Assembly (NCBI GenBank): GCA_023379025.1
Contig: JAMCTH010000009.1
Location: forward strand, 213,318-277,317
Direction: 5' to 3'
Origin: Patescibacteria group bacterium
Lineage (GTDB): Bacteria; Patescibacteriota; Microgenomatia; UBA10105; UBA927
Length of the DNA stretch: 64,000 nt
Positions within the stretch are counted from its first letter, which is position 1. Every line of letters begins with the position of its first letter. The notes below the pieces were generated by a model, which was not told where the DNA came from, ran no database searches, and was given only the letters and a program-made list of their open reading frames with translations. The translations under genes were made by a program, and so were the position numbers. Below, in pieces: positions 9,730 to 19,722 of this stretch.

Positions 9730-11253
9730 TTACTCCCATTCCATGGTTGCCGGAGGCTTGGTCGTGATATCGTAGACGACGCGGGAGATGCCCGGCACCT
9801 CATTTATTATCCGCGATGACATGGCTTGAAGAAGGGAATAGGGGAGACGAGACCATGTGGTCGTCATGACGTCATGCGACTCGATAATCCGGATGGCGGC
9901 AACTTCCCCGAAAAATCTTCCGTCTCCCTTGACTGCCGTTGACCGCGCCCCGGTCATGACAGGGAAAGACATATATACTTTCCGGCGCCAGCCGGATTTT
10001 TCCATTTCCTCCATCACAATTTGGTCAGCCTGTTTTTCTTGAATAAGCCGTCCCTCCGTTACCTCGCCGATAATGCGTATTGCAAACCCTGGACCGGGGA
10101 ACACCTGTTTTTGGATAACAGAGTCTGGGAGGCCAAGTTTTTTCCCCAGGGAACGCACTTCATCTTTATAAAGATTCCGCAGGGGTTCGACCAATCGAAG
10201 ATTCATGGTGGGCGGGAGACCGCCCACGTTATGGTGGGATTTAATCTTATCCGCATTTTTGCTGCCGCGGCTTTCGATGACGTCGGAAAAAATAGTTCCC
10301 TGGATAAGGACACGGACATCCGGGTGCCGCCGCGCTTCCGCTTCAAACAACCGGATGTAGAGCGCACCGATTGCTTTCCGTTTTTCTTCCGGGTCGGTAA
10401 GGCCCCTGAGCGCCTGAAGAAACTGAGTCTCAGCATGGATAATCACCGGTCTGATGCGAAAGTGTGCGGTAAAGAAGCGTTCGACTGCGTCTCCGGTTCC
10501 CGGCCGCATGAGACCGCTGCTGATATAGACTGGTATGAGCCGGTGGCCGATTGCGCGGGCGGCAAGAGCTGCGGCAACCGTCGAATCGACCCCGCCGGAA
10601 ACAGCAATAAGTGCGGTTTTTCCTCCAATTGCATTTGCGGTTTCTTTGATCACTGAAGGAACTGCAAGCGCGCGTTTTTTAAGTTTTACTCTGCAGATGT
10701 GCTCTACGAAATTTTTAAGAATCAGATTTCCGTATTGTGTATGTTCTATCTCCGGATGGAACTGGAGGCAGTATATTTGCTTTTTTTCATTCTCCATTGC
10801 TGCAACCGGAAGGCCATCGGTTCCTCCCGTTACGACAAATCCGGGTGGTACCTCAAACACTTGGTCACCGTGACTCATCCAGACGCGGAAGGGGTTAGTG
10901 GAAATAGACCCGAACAATCGGGACGGCCGCATGAGGCGGAACGTTGCAGGGCCATACTCTTTCGTTTTTCCGGGTTTGACCGTGCCACCCAGTAATAATC
11001 CGGTCAGCTGCATGCCGTAACAGACGCCGAGTATCGGAACGCCGAAGGAAAATATTTTTTTCTCAACGTTCGGCGATCCGTTGAGGTTGACAAACGACGG
11101 CCCGCCGGAAAGGATGATGCCGTCCGGCCGCTCTTTTGCAATTGCAGGGAAGGCGTCTTCCGGTTCGCTATAGGAGACATCTGCTCCCATATCGCCAAGC
11201 CGCCGGCCGATAAGTTTGGTTGTTTGCGACCCGAAATCAATAATGAGAATCAT
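9730..11253 (-). CDS. guaA: GMP synthase (glutamine-hydrolysing)
   Basis: N-terminal GATase domain (MILIIDFGSQTT, catalytic GVCYGMQL), ATP-PPase P-loop SGGVDSTVAAAL, C-terminal dimerisation domain. Confidence 0.85.
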   Translation of the reverse strand: MILIIDFGSQTTKLIGRRLGDMGADVSYSEPEDAFPAIAKERPDGIILSGGPSFVNLNGSPNVEKKIFSFGVPILGVCYGMQLTGLLLGGTVKPGKTKEYGPATFRLMRPSRLFGSISTNPFRVWMSHGDQVFEVPPGFVVTGGTDGLPVAAMENEKKQIYCLQFHPEIEHTQYGNLILKNFVEHICRVKLKKRALAVPSVIKETANAIGGKTALIAVSGGVDSTVAAALAARAIGHRLIPVYISSGLMRPGTGDAVERFFTAHFRIRPVIIHAETQFLQALRGLTDPEEKRKAIGALYIRLFEAEARRHPDVRVLIQGTIFSDVIESRGSKNADKIKSHHNVGGLPPTMNLRLVEPLRNLYKDEVRSLGKKLGLPDSVIQKQVFPGPGFAIRIIGEVTEGRLIQEKQADQIVMEEMEKSGWRRKVYMSFPVMTGARSTAVKGDGRFFGEVAAIRIIESHDVMTTTWSRLPYSLLQAMSSRIINEVPGISRVVYDITTKPPATMEWE

Positions 11254-11531
11254 ACCGGTACCTCATCAGCCTTATCAAAGCTATACGCCTGCATTTGATC
11301 GCCTGTGTTTACGAGATATGTGCCACGGTGTTGCGTCTCATAATCAAACTTATGTTCTCCGTTTTCATCAACCATTTTTCCTACATGGTGTACGACAAGC
11401 GTATGATCGTCTCCTGCTGATACATAAATGGCGTAATCCGTCGCGAGGACTATGATGACCGGCTCCATATCCGGTGAAATCTTTACTTCTGTGACGGGCA
11501 CGCTTCGATTTCCTATCTCTAACGTCTCCAT
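11250..11531 (-). CDS. hypothetical protein (93 aa), stop overlaps guaA start
   Basis: ORF with 4-nt overlap to guaA start, suggesting operon; no recognisable motif. Confidence 0.35.
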   Translation of the reverse strand: METLEIGNRSVPVTEVKISPDMEPVIIVLATDYAIYVSAGDDHTLVVHHVGKMVDENGEHKFDYETQHRGTYLVNTGDQMQAYSFDKADEVPV

Positions 11532-11611
11532 ACGTTCACCTCCTTAAAACGTATAAAGCCGCAGGACGCGGCTTGATGTATATATCCTCAACGTTATTTT
11601 CCGTTTTTGTT

Positions 11612-12196
11612 TCATGGGCGTTTCAGATGATATTTCCTGACGAATCTGATTTGGTGGGAATCATAATGAAGCGTTTCAAGAAACGTCTGAATATCCGATT
11701 TCGATTTTCCCTCACCTTCAAGTTGTTTTATGATAAGGCCGATCATTTCCGTCGGTTCGTAGGGGAAAAGAATCCATCTGGTGGTTTGTTTGGCAAAGTA
11801 ATCCGGCCGGTATACGGAGCGGGGTTTAACGAACATCGTGAGTGTTGTCACTTTTTCCGGTTGAAATTCAGATAGGTAGGACAGGGCGCGTTTCATGGTT
11901 TTTCCGGAATCAGAGACGTCATCAACCAAAAGTATGTGTTTTTCATGAATATCCGTTTGGAGTCCATGGGTTATTTTGAGTTCACCCTGACTTTGGATAT
12001 CTGTGTAACTTTGAATCGTAATAGTTGAAATAGGGATGCGGAGGAGATCAGAAAGAAGATGCCCTAGTGTCAAACCGCCGCGCGAGATTGCAACGATTTC
12101 GTCCGGATGTTGGCGGCTATTGAGGAGAGCAGCAGCGAGGTTATGGGCAAATCGGTGATAGTGGTCCCAGCTAATTGGAAGATATTGTACTGCCAT
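11612..12196 (-). CDS. purine phosphoribosyltransferase-family protein
   Basis: PRPP-binding motif ILLVDDVSDSGKTM; upstream of guaA on the same strand (purine salvage context). Confidence 0.6.
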   Translation of the reverse strand: MAVQYLPISWDHYHRFAHNLAAALLNSRQHPDEIVAISRGGLTLGHLLSDLLRIPISTITIQSYTDIQSQGELKITHGLQTDIHEKHILLVDDVSDSGKTMKRALSYLSEFQPEKVTTLTMFVKPRSVYRPDYFAKQTTRWILFPYEPTEMIGLIIKQLEGEGKSKSDIQTFLETLHYDSHQIRFVRKYHLKRP

Positions 12197-12369
12197 ATTT
12201 TAGTATCCCGTGTTGTACGATACTTGTCAATCAATAATTTTATTGTTAGCCGTTCGGGTTTTCCCCTGGCGGCTTTCCTTGATAAATGAGAACCTCAACA
12301 CCCTGAGAGCAAATTGCTGCCCGGGGAGATGAACCGTCAGGAAAATATCCTCGAGTAGTTACTGCAAAT

Positions 12370-12669
12370 TCAGTTGCACCCCTGCCTCCCCCGATCAGTT
12401 CCCAACAGACGCGTAAATCCATCATAGGTTACTGTTTTTTGATGTGGGATAAAAATGTTCGCTATTCCCCAGCCTTTTTCAATAGAAATGTGGCGACCCG
12501 ATGTTAGCGTGATAGTCCATGATGTAGTGCCTGGAAGAGCATCGGTATTGATGGGTAAACCTTTCAAAGGTATTTCTACCGGTTCATCTCCGATGTAAAC
12601 GCCTACTATTTGTTCCGAATACGGAATCAGAAATTCCGGCATACATTTCACCTCCCTTCTTTCCATCAA
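12370..12669 (-). CDS. hypothetical protein
   Basis: 99-aa ORF without recognisable motifs. Confidence 0.3.
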   Translation of the reverse strand: MMERREVKCMPEFLIPYSEQIVGVYIGDEPVEIPLKGLPINTDALPGTTSWTITLTSGRHISIEKGWGIANIFIPHQKTVTYDGFTRLLGTDRGRQGCN

Positions 12670-12790
12670 AAATCCCCGCCGAAACGCGGGGATCCTTATC
12701 TATCTTGCTATTGGAGATTTTTTTGGCCTCCATATTTAAGTATAGCATGCTGTGTCAACTAATCCCGATTATTTCGTCTCTTGACGCTTT

Positions 12791-13450
12791 ATGGCCGCGT
12801 CTTATAATAGGAACATGGAACCGGGTGCGGGAGCAGTCACGTACACGAATAAGCCTCTCAAATACGCAAGTATCGCAATATCCGGCAGGCCCGGAGCCGG
12901 TCGTTCCACTCTCCTCAAAAATCTTAAGGATTTTTTGTTTCCTCTCGGGTGGGAGTTTTTTTCCGGCGGGGACTGGTCGCGGCAGTTTTCGATTCAGGCC
13001 GGCAAACACCACGCATCGGATCCGACCCACCATAAGGCCACGGACTACGGTGATGAGGTGGATCATCAGATCGATGATGCGATGCGTCAGAAGATTTCTG
13101 ATCCGGACGTCCATATGGCTATTGAATCGTGGATTGCCGGATGGAATGCGCGGGGCATCCCGCATGTCCTGAAGGTTCTTCTCATGTGCGATGATGCACT
13201 CCGGATCGACCGGGTCGTGAACCGGGACAATATCTCCGTTGATGAAGCGAAGCAACACCTGCGGGACAGGGAAGAAGCCAATCTCGGCAAGTGGAAGCGC
13301 ATGTACGGGGTTAGCGACTTCTGGGATCCGAAATATTACGACCTTATTCTCAATACCTATTCCCACGCGCCCAAAGAAACGCTCAATCTGGTCCTGCAGG
13401 CGCTTGGGTATTTTTCCGCAAACGGCCAGAAAAAAGAGACAGACAGCTAA
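12791..13450 (+). CDS. cytidylate-kinase-like P-loop NTPase
   Basis: Walker A ISGRPGAGRSTL near N-terminus and overall Cytidylate_kin2-like organisation; start may be the internal Met at 12815. Confidence 0.5.
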   Translation: MAASYNRNMEPGAGAVTYTNKPLKYASIAISGRPGAGRSTLLKNLKDFLFPLGWEFFSGGDWSRQFSIQAGKHHASDPTHHKATDYGDEVDHQIDDAMRQKISDPDVHMAIESWIAGWNARGIPHVLKVLLMCDDALRIDRVVNRDNISVDEAKQHLRDREEANLGKWKRMYGVSDFWDPKYYDLILNTYSHAPKETLNLVLQALGYFSANGQKKETDS

Positions 13451-13479
13451 GATGATACCTGTCGGTTATTCTTCTTATT

Positions 13480-13947
13480 TTGCCTTCCATGACCATGACA
13501 GTTAGAGCACATCCCAAGCGGTTCGCCATGATAACCGCATCGTATCTTTTCTTAATCCGTGATCAGAAAATTCTGCTGTCCCGCCGGTACCGTACAGGGT
13601 ACGAGGACGGGAAGTACTCCGTTCCCGCGGGACACGTCGAAGACGGGGAAACCCTCACTGAAGCAGCATCGCGGGAGGTGGGTGAAGAAATCGGACTTTC
13701 GATCAGGCCGCGGGATTTTATCCTCGTTCACGTCATGCACAGAAAAAGTACCGATATCCGGACGGACTTTTTTTTTACGGCAAAACAATGGAGTGGTACG
13801 CCGGTCAATAGGGAACCGGGAAAATGTGATGACCTCCGGTGGTTCCCGCTTGAACATTTGCCGCAAACAACCATACCATATATAAGGCAGGCGATAGAGG
13901 CGTATCGCAAAGGGAAGATATATTCCGAATTCGGGTGGGCACCATGA
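13480..13947 (+). CDS. NUDIX hydrolase
   Basis: Nudix box GHVEDGETLTEAASREVGEEIGL. Confidence 0.7.
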   Translation: MPSMTMTVRAHPKRFAMITASYLFLIRDQKILLSRRYRTGYEDGKYSVPAGHVEDGETLTEAASREVGEEIGLSIRPRDFILVHVMHRKSTDIRTDFFFTAKQWSGTPVNREPGKCDDLRWFPLEHLPQTTIPYIRQAIEAYRKGKIYSEFGWAP

Positions 13948-14534
13948 TACCGTCGAAATTCGATATTGCCCGTTTGTGGGATACGTATCATCTACCGGAA
14001 TATAAGAGGCAGCATGTCAGGATTGTGGCGCAGGTGGCGCTGTTTTTGTCCGTCCGTCTGAAGGAGCATGATCCGTCGGTCGTCATCAACGACCGGCTTC
14101 TTCGTGCTGCGGCATTGCTTCATGATATTGATAAAGAGGTTCCGAAACTGCCGGGGGAGCGGCACCCGGACGCCGGCGTGCGCATCCTGGCCGATGAGGG
14201 GCTGGATGAGGTGGCGACACTCGTAAAGACCCATCCGCTCCATACGATTCTGAATCCCACACTTGCACCAAAAACGTGGGAAGAAAAACTCCTTTTTTTG
14301 GCGGACAAGATGGTGAAACATTCCGTCATTTCCGTTGACGAACGCTTTGCCTTATGGCGTGAGGAAGATCTACCCCGGGATGCACGACACATGCTTCATG
14401 ATACATACCCGAAAGTAAAAGCGCTCGAATCGGATATTCTGAAAAGAGCGGGCGTGACCCTTTCGGACATACAGCGCCATGCGACGGAGGCGGCTATCCG
14501 GGCGTTACTTGCGAAAGTTCCGTCTCTGGAGTAG
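13935..14534 (+). CDS. HD-domain phosphohydrolase
   Basis: HD motif LLHDIDK; 13-nt overlap with the preceding NUDIX gene (operon). Confidence 0.6.
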   Translation: MGTMIPSKFDIARLWDTYHLPEYKRQHVRIVAQVALFLSVRLKEHDPSVVINDRLLRAAALLHDIDKEVPKLPGERHPDAGVRILADEGLDEVATLVKTHPLHTILNPTLAPKTWEEKLLFLADKMVKHSVISVDERFALWREEDLPRDARHMLHDTYPKVKALESDILKRAGVTLSDIQRHATEAAIRALLAKVPSLE

Positions 14535-14569
14535 GATCAGGATAACGGGCGTTCCCGGAAGGAGGAAGT

Positions 14570-15175
14570 ATGAAAAAAACCGCACTGGCAGTCTTTGCAG
14601 CGACCCTTACCGTTCTTCTCGGATCATCCGGAGCGCTTCATGCAACCGCGGCACCGGTTGTCCTGGTTCTTGCCAGGAATGCTTCACAGGGGATCGTGGT
14701 ACCGGCACCCGGAATGATGCAGGAGGGCACAATGTCCTCGACCATCGAATACACGCTCCCGTACCCCGGCATACTTCCGGACCACCCGCTCTATTTCCTC
14801 AAACAAATCCGCGATAAAATACTGGACTGGCTGATTGTCGATCCGGGAAAAAAAGCGGACTTTCTGATCCTTCAGGCGGATAAACGGCTTGCCATGGGCA
14901 TTGCCCTCACGGATGAAGGAAAAACCGTTCTTGCCGAGCAGACCATCTCGAAAGGGGAAAAATACATGGACCGGGCGGTCGGCGAACTCGAGACGCTCAA
15001 AGATTCGGGGAAATTCTTTCCTCCGGGGTTATTGGATCACCTCCGTCTGTCCATGGCCAAGCATACGGAAGTTCTCGGCGGGATGATTACCCAAGCATCC
15101 GGAACCGTACGGTCCGGGCTGGAGGGGTCGGTCCGGTTGGTTGGACAACTCGGGGCCAGAGTAAAGGCATTGTGA
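14570..15175 (+). CDS. secreted DUF5667-like protein (signal peptide)
   Basis: Signal peptide MKKTALAVFAATLTVLLGSSGALHA; motif YPGILPDHPLYFLKQIRD typical of DUF5667-type CPR proteins; RBS GGAGGAAG upstream. Confidence 0.5.
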   Translation: MKKTALAVFAATLTVLLGSSGALHATAAPVVLVLARNASQGIVVPAPGMMQEGTMSSTIEYTLPYPGILPDHPLYFLKQIRDKILDWLIVDPGKKADFLILQADKRLAMGIALTDEGKTVLAEQTISKGEKYMDRAVGELETLKDSGKFFPPGLLDHLRLSMAKHTEVLGGMITQASGTVRSGLEGSVRLVGQLGARVKAL

Positions 15176-15236
15176 GACCGACGCCGCGCACGCGACATCT
15201 CTCCTGTTTTGAACACATCTTTTTTGATGCGCGTTG

Positions 15237-15263
15237 CCCGTGATGATCCACGGGGATTTTTTT
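15237..15263 (+). terminator. rho-independent terminator after the DUF5667-like gene
   Basis: CCCGTG-atgatc-CACGGG hairpin followed by a T7 run. Confidence 0.5.
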
Positions 15264-15344
15264 CCGAAGATTTTCCTCACCCCGCAGCCGGCTGAAGCTG
15301 GAACAGCACCCTGAGTTTTTTTGATATAGTATTTGCCAGTTGAC

Positions 15345-15360
15345 GCGCTTTATATAGTGT
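15345..15360 (+). promoter_or_regulatory. candidate NrdR box upstream of nrdR
   Basis: GCGCTTTATATAGTGT matches about 13/16 positions of the published NrdR-box consensus acaCwAtATaTwGtgt (established knowledge of the motif; match counted by eye). Confidence 0.4.
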
Positions 15361-15494
15361 CTTAGGATGTGATTCGGCACCAGATATAGCGTCTGCAATT
15401 TCACGGCAGCACACTGGGCACATGACGGCGACGGGTAAGGAAAGGGGAGTCAGGTGCTCATTTCGGTTTGACGGTGCAGGGAAAACCGACCGGT

Positions 15495-15941
15495 ATGAAA
15501 TGTCCCTATTGCGCATATAGTGATACGGAGGTCATCGAAACCCGGGATAGCGAAGATTTGAGCGTAACCAGACGGCGGCGGAGCTGCCCGAAGTGCGAAA
15601 AAAGGTTTACGACCTATGAACGGCTGGAAACCGTGCCGCTGACCGTCATAAAAAAGGATGACCGTCGGGAAACATTTGACCGGGAAAAGCTGCGGCGCGG
15701 GATCTGGCGGGCAAGCGGAAAAACAACGATAAAGGCAGAGGATGTTGAGCGGATTGTCAATGAAGTGGAACGGGAGCTGATCGCAGGGGATACGACCGAA
15801 GTGACCAGCAAGCGTATTGGGGAGTTGGTAGCCAGACGGCTGAAAAAAATTGACAAAATTGCCTACATCCGGTTTGCAAGCGTCTTTCGGCGGTTTGTCG
15901 ATATCGAGGATTTTGAAAAGGAAGTGAAGAAGCTGCTTTAA
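15495..15941 (+). CDS. nrdR: transcriptional repressor NrdR
   Basis: MKCPYCAYSDTEVIETRDS...RRRRSCPKCEKRFTTYE zinc ribbon plus ATP-cone; track ORF starts earlier at a TTG (15468), trimmed to the conserved MKCP start. Confidence 0.85.
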   Translation: MKCPYCAYSDTEVIETRDSEDLSVTRRRRSCPKCEKRFTTYERLETVPLTVIKKDDRRETFDREKLRRGIWRASGKTTIKAEDVERIVNEVERELIAGDTTEVTSKRIGELVARRLKKIDKIAYIRFASVFRRFVDIEDFEKEVKKLL

Positions 15942-15987
15942 ATTGCTGCATGGTTGCATTGCCGCATTGCTGTGTAAGGCCTCAGCC

Positions 15988-16039
15988 ATGAAACAATGTA
16001 ACAATGTAACAGTGCCAGTGTTTGTCGGATTTGTTTCAT
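15988..16039 (+). promoter_or_regulatory. AT-rich imperfect inverted repeat (candidate NrdR operator/promoter) upstream of nrdJ
   Basis: ATGAAACAATGTAACAATGTAACA ... TGTTTGTCGGATTTGTTTCAT forms a ~52-bp imperfect palindrome with tandem AACAATGTAAC units, 15 bp upstream of the nrdJ ATG. Confidence 0.4.
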
Positions 16040-16052
16040 ACATACAAAAATT

Positions 16053-19000
16053 ATGGAGCTGACAGGAATCCGGGAGACGGTATTTCTCGACCGTTACGCC
16101 CTTAAAGACGAAGCGGGCAAGCCGATGGAACAAACTCCCGAGGAAATGTGGCGGCGCGTGGCGCACGCCATATCGCTGGTTGAGCCGAAAACCAAGCAGG
16201 CGTATTGGGAGGAGCAGTTTTATAAAGCGATGGAGCAGTTCGTGTTCGTGCCCGGCGGGAGGATTTTGTCCGGAGCAGGCACGGGCTATAAGGTGACCTT
16301 TTATAACTGCTTCGTGATCCCTTCTCCCCACGATTCCCGCGGCGGAATTCTCAAAACGCTTGCGCAGATGGTAGAGATCATGTCCCGCGGCGGCGGCGTG
16401 GGGATCAACCTCTCGAGCCTCCGGGCCCGCGGCGCGCGCGTAAAGAAGGTCAACGGATTTTCGTCCGGACCGTGCAACTGGGCGGAACTGTTCAGTGTGG
16501 CAACCCGGGACATCATCCAGCAGGGCGGAAGCCGGCGCGGCGCGCTCATGCTCATGCTCTGGGACTGGCACCCCGATATTGAGGAATTCATAACGGTCAA
16601 ACAGGATTTGTCCCGGATAAACGGCGCGAACCTTTCCGTGTGCGTCTCGGATGCCTTCATGGAGGCAGTCAAGACCGACGGCGACTGGGAGCTCAAATTT
16701 CCCGATATCGACGATCCGGAGTATGACACCAAGTGGGACGGGTATCTCCCCAACTGGATTGCCCTCGGAAAAAAGGTTCACGTCTATAAAACCGTGAAAG
16801 CCCGGGCACTTTGGGATCTTATCGCAAAATCCGCCTGGCGGAGCGCCGAGCCCGGCGTCGTCTTCATGGAGCGCTATAACAAGTGGTTCAACAATTATTA
16901 CTGGGAATATGTCAACTGCGTCAATCCATGCGTGACAAAAGATACATTGGTTTCAACGACCCGGGGAATGAAAACTATCAAAGACTTGTATCGTGATGGG
17001 AAACCCTTTATGGTGCTTGTTGACGGAAAGAACTATCTCTCCTCACCAGTGTTTAGCACAGGTACCAAAAAGGTGTATCGGTTGGTAACGAAAGAAGGCT
17101 ACCAAATACGATTGACCCGAGATCATAAGGTATATACGCCTACGGGAAAAGTCGCTGCTGGCAGCCTGGTTAAGGGGAATAAGATTGTATTGGGCAAAGG
17201 TGGAGCATTTGGAGTGCGTGGGACAGTAGAAGAAGGCCAGGTTTTAGGTTGGTTAGTGGGCGACGGAAGCATGAAAGCTGATGTAGCGACGCTCTATTTT
17301 TATGAGCAGGAGAAGGAAGAGCTGGCTCCGGGATTTGCAGCAATGGTGGATGCTATGGTTGGCGGCGAACAAGTGGTGTCGCGCTCCTATAGCATTGGTC
17401 CTCAATACGTTCCACAGGAAAATAAGGCAATCGTAGAGTCGGTGCGTTTATGGCGGGTGGCCCAACAATACGGCATAACGCACGAAAATAAATATGTCGT
17501 TCCAAAAGCGGTGTTTCTCGGAAGTGAGGCAATGCAAAGAGGATATCTGCAGGGGTTGTTCTCAAGTGACGGTCATGTAGAGGGCAACCGTGAAAAAGGG
17601 GTTAGCGTTCGGTTGACATCCGTGAATAAAATGCTTTTGGTGGGAGTTCAACAGTTGTTACTCAATTTTGGGATTGTAAGCACGATATATGAAAATCGAA
17701 GGAGCGCGGGCAAACGTCTCCTGCCGGATGGTCGCGGTGGACACCGGGAATACGTTTGTCAGGCTTACCACGATTTAGTGATTTCAAAGACGGACCTACA
17801 TCTGTTCGGAAGTCTTATCGGATTTTTGCAGGTGAAGAAACAAGAGAAGCTGAGAACGCTTTTGGCTACATATGTACGCGGACCGTACCGTAAATCATTT
17901 ACGGCAACATTTGATCATTTGGATGAAGAGGGGAGAGAAGATGTTTTTGATATTACTGTCGCTTCCGTGCATAAGTTTGTTGCAAACGGACTTACCGTTT
18001 CAAATTGCGGAGAAGAGGGGCTTCCGAACTGGGGCGTATGCAACCTGTGCTCCATAAATCTTGCGGCCCTCGTCAATGAGGCCGGAGAAATGAATTATAA
18101 ACGGCTCGCGGAGGTCGCCAAAACCGGCGTGCGCTTCCAGGACGACGTTATTGACAGCGACTTTTACGTCTTCCCGGAAATCAAAAAGCGCCAGCTGGAA
18201 GGGGAGCGCCGCATCGGGCTCGGAACCATGGGACTGGGGGACGCGCTTATCAAGATGAGGCTCCGCTACGGCTCGCAGGAAAGCCTTTCGGTCATCGATA
18301 AAATCTACCGGACAATCCGGGACGCGGCCTATGAGGCCTCCGTCGATATTGCGGAAGAAAAAGGCGCATTTCCGGGCATGGATACGGACCAGCACCTCGA
18401 GGCGTATTTTATCAAGCAGCTTCCGGAAGAGATCCGCCGCCGCATGAAAAAACACGGGGTCAGGAATTCCGTCATTCTCCAGCAGGCGCCGACGGGGTCG
18501 ACATCGCTTCTGGCCGGAGTTTCGAGCGGGATCGAACCGGTGTACGAGTTTGAATTCATCCGGCGTGACCGGCTGGGCGAGCACCGGCTGCGCCACCCTC
18601 TCTACGATGCATGGGTCGACGGATATAAAAGGGCGCACGACGGACAGGAGCCGCCAAAGGAAGCGCGTCCGGATTATTTCGCGTCGGCAAACGATCTGAC
18701 GCCGGAGGACCATGTCTATGTACAGGCCGCGATCCAGAAATACGTCGATGCCTCAATCAGTAAAACCGTCAACGCGCCCAAGGCCCACTCTGTCGAGGAC
18801 GTGAAGCGGCTGTACACTCTGGCCTACGAACTCGGGTGTAAAGGCATCACCTACATGAGAGCCGAGAGCAGGCCCGGCGTCCTTACGCGCGTGGACGAGG
18901 ATACACACCGCGAGGGAAAGCCCGACGGAAACGCCAATGTCCAGGTAGGATCGCAGTATGTCCCGGAGGTCAAACCCCGTCCGATGGTCGTTCACGGCTC

Positions 19001-19625
19001 GACCTATCAGGTGGAGACGCCGGTCGGGCAGGCGTATGTCACGATCAATACCAACGGCGGCAACCAGCCGGTTGAACTCTTTGTCAATGTCGGAAAAGCG
19101 GGAAGCGATGTGACCGCGATGGCAGAGGCCATGGGCAGACTGATTTCCCTGATGCTGCGCATCGCCTCCCCCATACCTCCGATGGAGCGTGCCAAAAAGA
19201 TCGCGGCGGAGCTTATCGGCATCGGGGGGGCGCGAAGCCTCGGATTCGGGGAAAACCGGGTACGGAGCCTGCCGGACGCGGTTGCCAAGATTATCGACCG
19301 TCACTTCGGCTTCTTTGCCAAACATAAACTTGTCAATACCGATGCAATTGAGCCGGCACCCGCAGCGGGAAGTACGAACGGACACGGCGTGCCTGCCGCA
19401 GCCGCGGACGGCCGCCTGCCGCAAGAAGCCGGTACCGGAACCCATGAGGCAGGCGGACGAGAGGAGGGAAGCATCGCCGCACAGCAGCCGCTCTTCGGCA
19501 TGACCATAGCTCCTCCGGACAAACGCATGGTGACCGTCGACCTGTGCCCCAACTGCGGGGAGGGGAGTCTCGTGTTTGAGGAATCCTGCAAGAAGTGCTA
19601 CAGCTGCGGGTACTCGGAATGCTAG
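16053..19625 (+). CDS. nrdJ: class II (adenosylcobalamin-dependent) ribonucleotide reductase, intein-containing
   Basis: RNR class II catalytic region with C-terminal zinc ribbon CPNCGEGSLVFEESCKKCYSCG; interrupted by an in-frame intein (see separate feature). Confidence 0.85.
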   Translation: MELTGIRETVFLDRYALKDEAGKPMEQTPEEMWRRVAHAISLVEPKTKQAYWEEQFYKAMEQFVFVPGGRILSGAGTGYKVTFYNCFVIPSPHDSRGGILKTLAQMVEIMSRGGGVGINLSSLRARGARVKKVNGFSSGPCNWAELFSVATRDIIQQGGSRRGALMLMLWDWHPDIEEFITVKQDLSRINGANLSVCVSDAFMEAVKTDGDWELKFPDIDDPEYDTKWDGYLPNWIALGKKVHVYKTVKARALWDLIAKSAWRSAEPGVVFMERYNKWFNNYYWEYVNCVNPCVTKDTLVSTTRGMKTIKDLYRDGKPFMVLVDGKNYLSSPVFSTGTKKVYRLVTKEGYQIRLTRDHKVYTPTGKVAAGSLVKGNKIVLGKGGAFGVRGTVEEGQVLGWLVGDGSMKADVATLYFYEQEKEELAPGFAAMVDAMVGGEQVVSRSYSIGPQYVPQENKAIVESVRLWRVAQQYGITHENKYVVPKAVFLGSEAMQRGYLQGLFSSDGHVEGNREKGVSVRLTSVNKMLLVGVQQLLLNFGIVSTIYENRRSAGKRLLPDGRGGHREYVCQAYHDLVISKTDLHLFGSLIGFLQVKKQEKLRTLLATYVRGPYRKSFTATFDHLDEEGREDVFDITVASVHKFVANGLTVSNCGEEGLPNWGVCNLCSINLAALVNEAGEMNYKRLAEVAKTGVRFQDDVIDSDFYVFPEIKKRQLEGERRIGLGTMGLGDALIKMRLRYGSQESLSVIDKIYRTIRDAAYEASVDIAEEKGAFPGMDTDQHLEAYFIKQLPEEIRRRMKKHGVRNSVILQQAPTGSTSLLAGVSSGIEPVYEFEFIRRDRLGEHRLRHPLYDAWVDGYKRAHDGQEPPKEARPDYFASANDLTPEDHVYVQAAIQKYVDASISKTVNAPKAHSVEDVKRLYTLAYELGCKGITYMRAESRPGVLTRVDEDTHREGKPDGNANVQVGSQYVPEVKPRPMVVHGSTYQVETPVGQAYVTINTNGGNQPVELFVNVGKAGSDVTAMAEAMGRLISLMLRIASPIPPMERAKKIAAELIGIGGARSLGFGENRVRSLPDAVAKIIDRHFGFFAKHKLVNTDAIEPAPAAGSTNGHGVPAAAADGRLPQEAGTGTHEAGGREEGSIAAQQPLFGMTIAPPDKRMVTVDLCPNCGEGSLVFEESCKKCYSCGYSEC
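16929..18005 (+). mobile_element. intein with LAGLIDADG homing-endonuclease domain inside nrdJ
   Basis: Begins at Cys after ...YVNCVNP, ends ...HKFVANGLTVSN followed by extein Cys+1; two LAGLIDADG-type motifs (GWLVGDGSM, GYLQGLFSSDGHV); the 359-codon insert is visibly more AT-rich than the flanking extein. Confidence 0.75.
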
Positions 19626-19647
19626 AGACGTTACAAAACGTAAATTC

Positions 19648-19708
19648 CAAATCACAATGACCAACACGGATAGAAGAGTTTGTATTGGACATTGAAATTT
19701 GTGATTTG
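19648..19708 (+). promoter_or_regulatory. 10-bp perfect inverted repeat pair (CAAATCACAA / TTGTGATTTG, 41-bp spacer) upstream of the adenosyltransferase gene
   Basis: Seen directly in sequence 15-75 bp upstream of the ATG at 19723; possible operator. Confidence 0.25.
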
Positions 19709-19722
19709 AGATTTCTAACCAT

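Noticed and set aside
12672-12700. ATCCCCGC-cgaaac-GCGGGGAT hairpin as a terminator
   Set aside because: Sits in a divergent promoter region between two genes transcribed away from it; may be an operator or attenuator but there is no upstream gene to terminate, so it is not annotated as a terminator.
15450-16781. 443-aa minus-strand ORF
   Set aside because: Antisense to nrdR and the 5' part of nrdJ, both of which have strong motif support; composition-driven shadow ORF.
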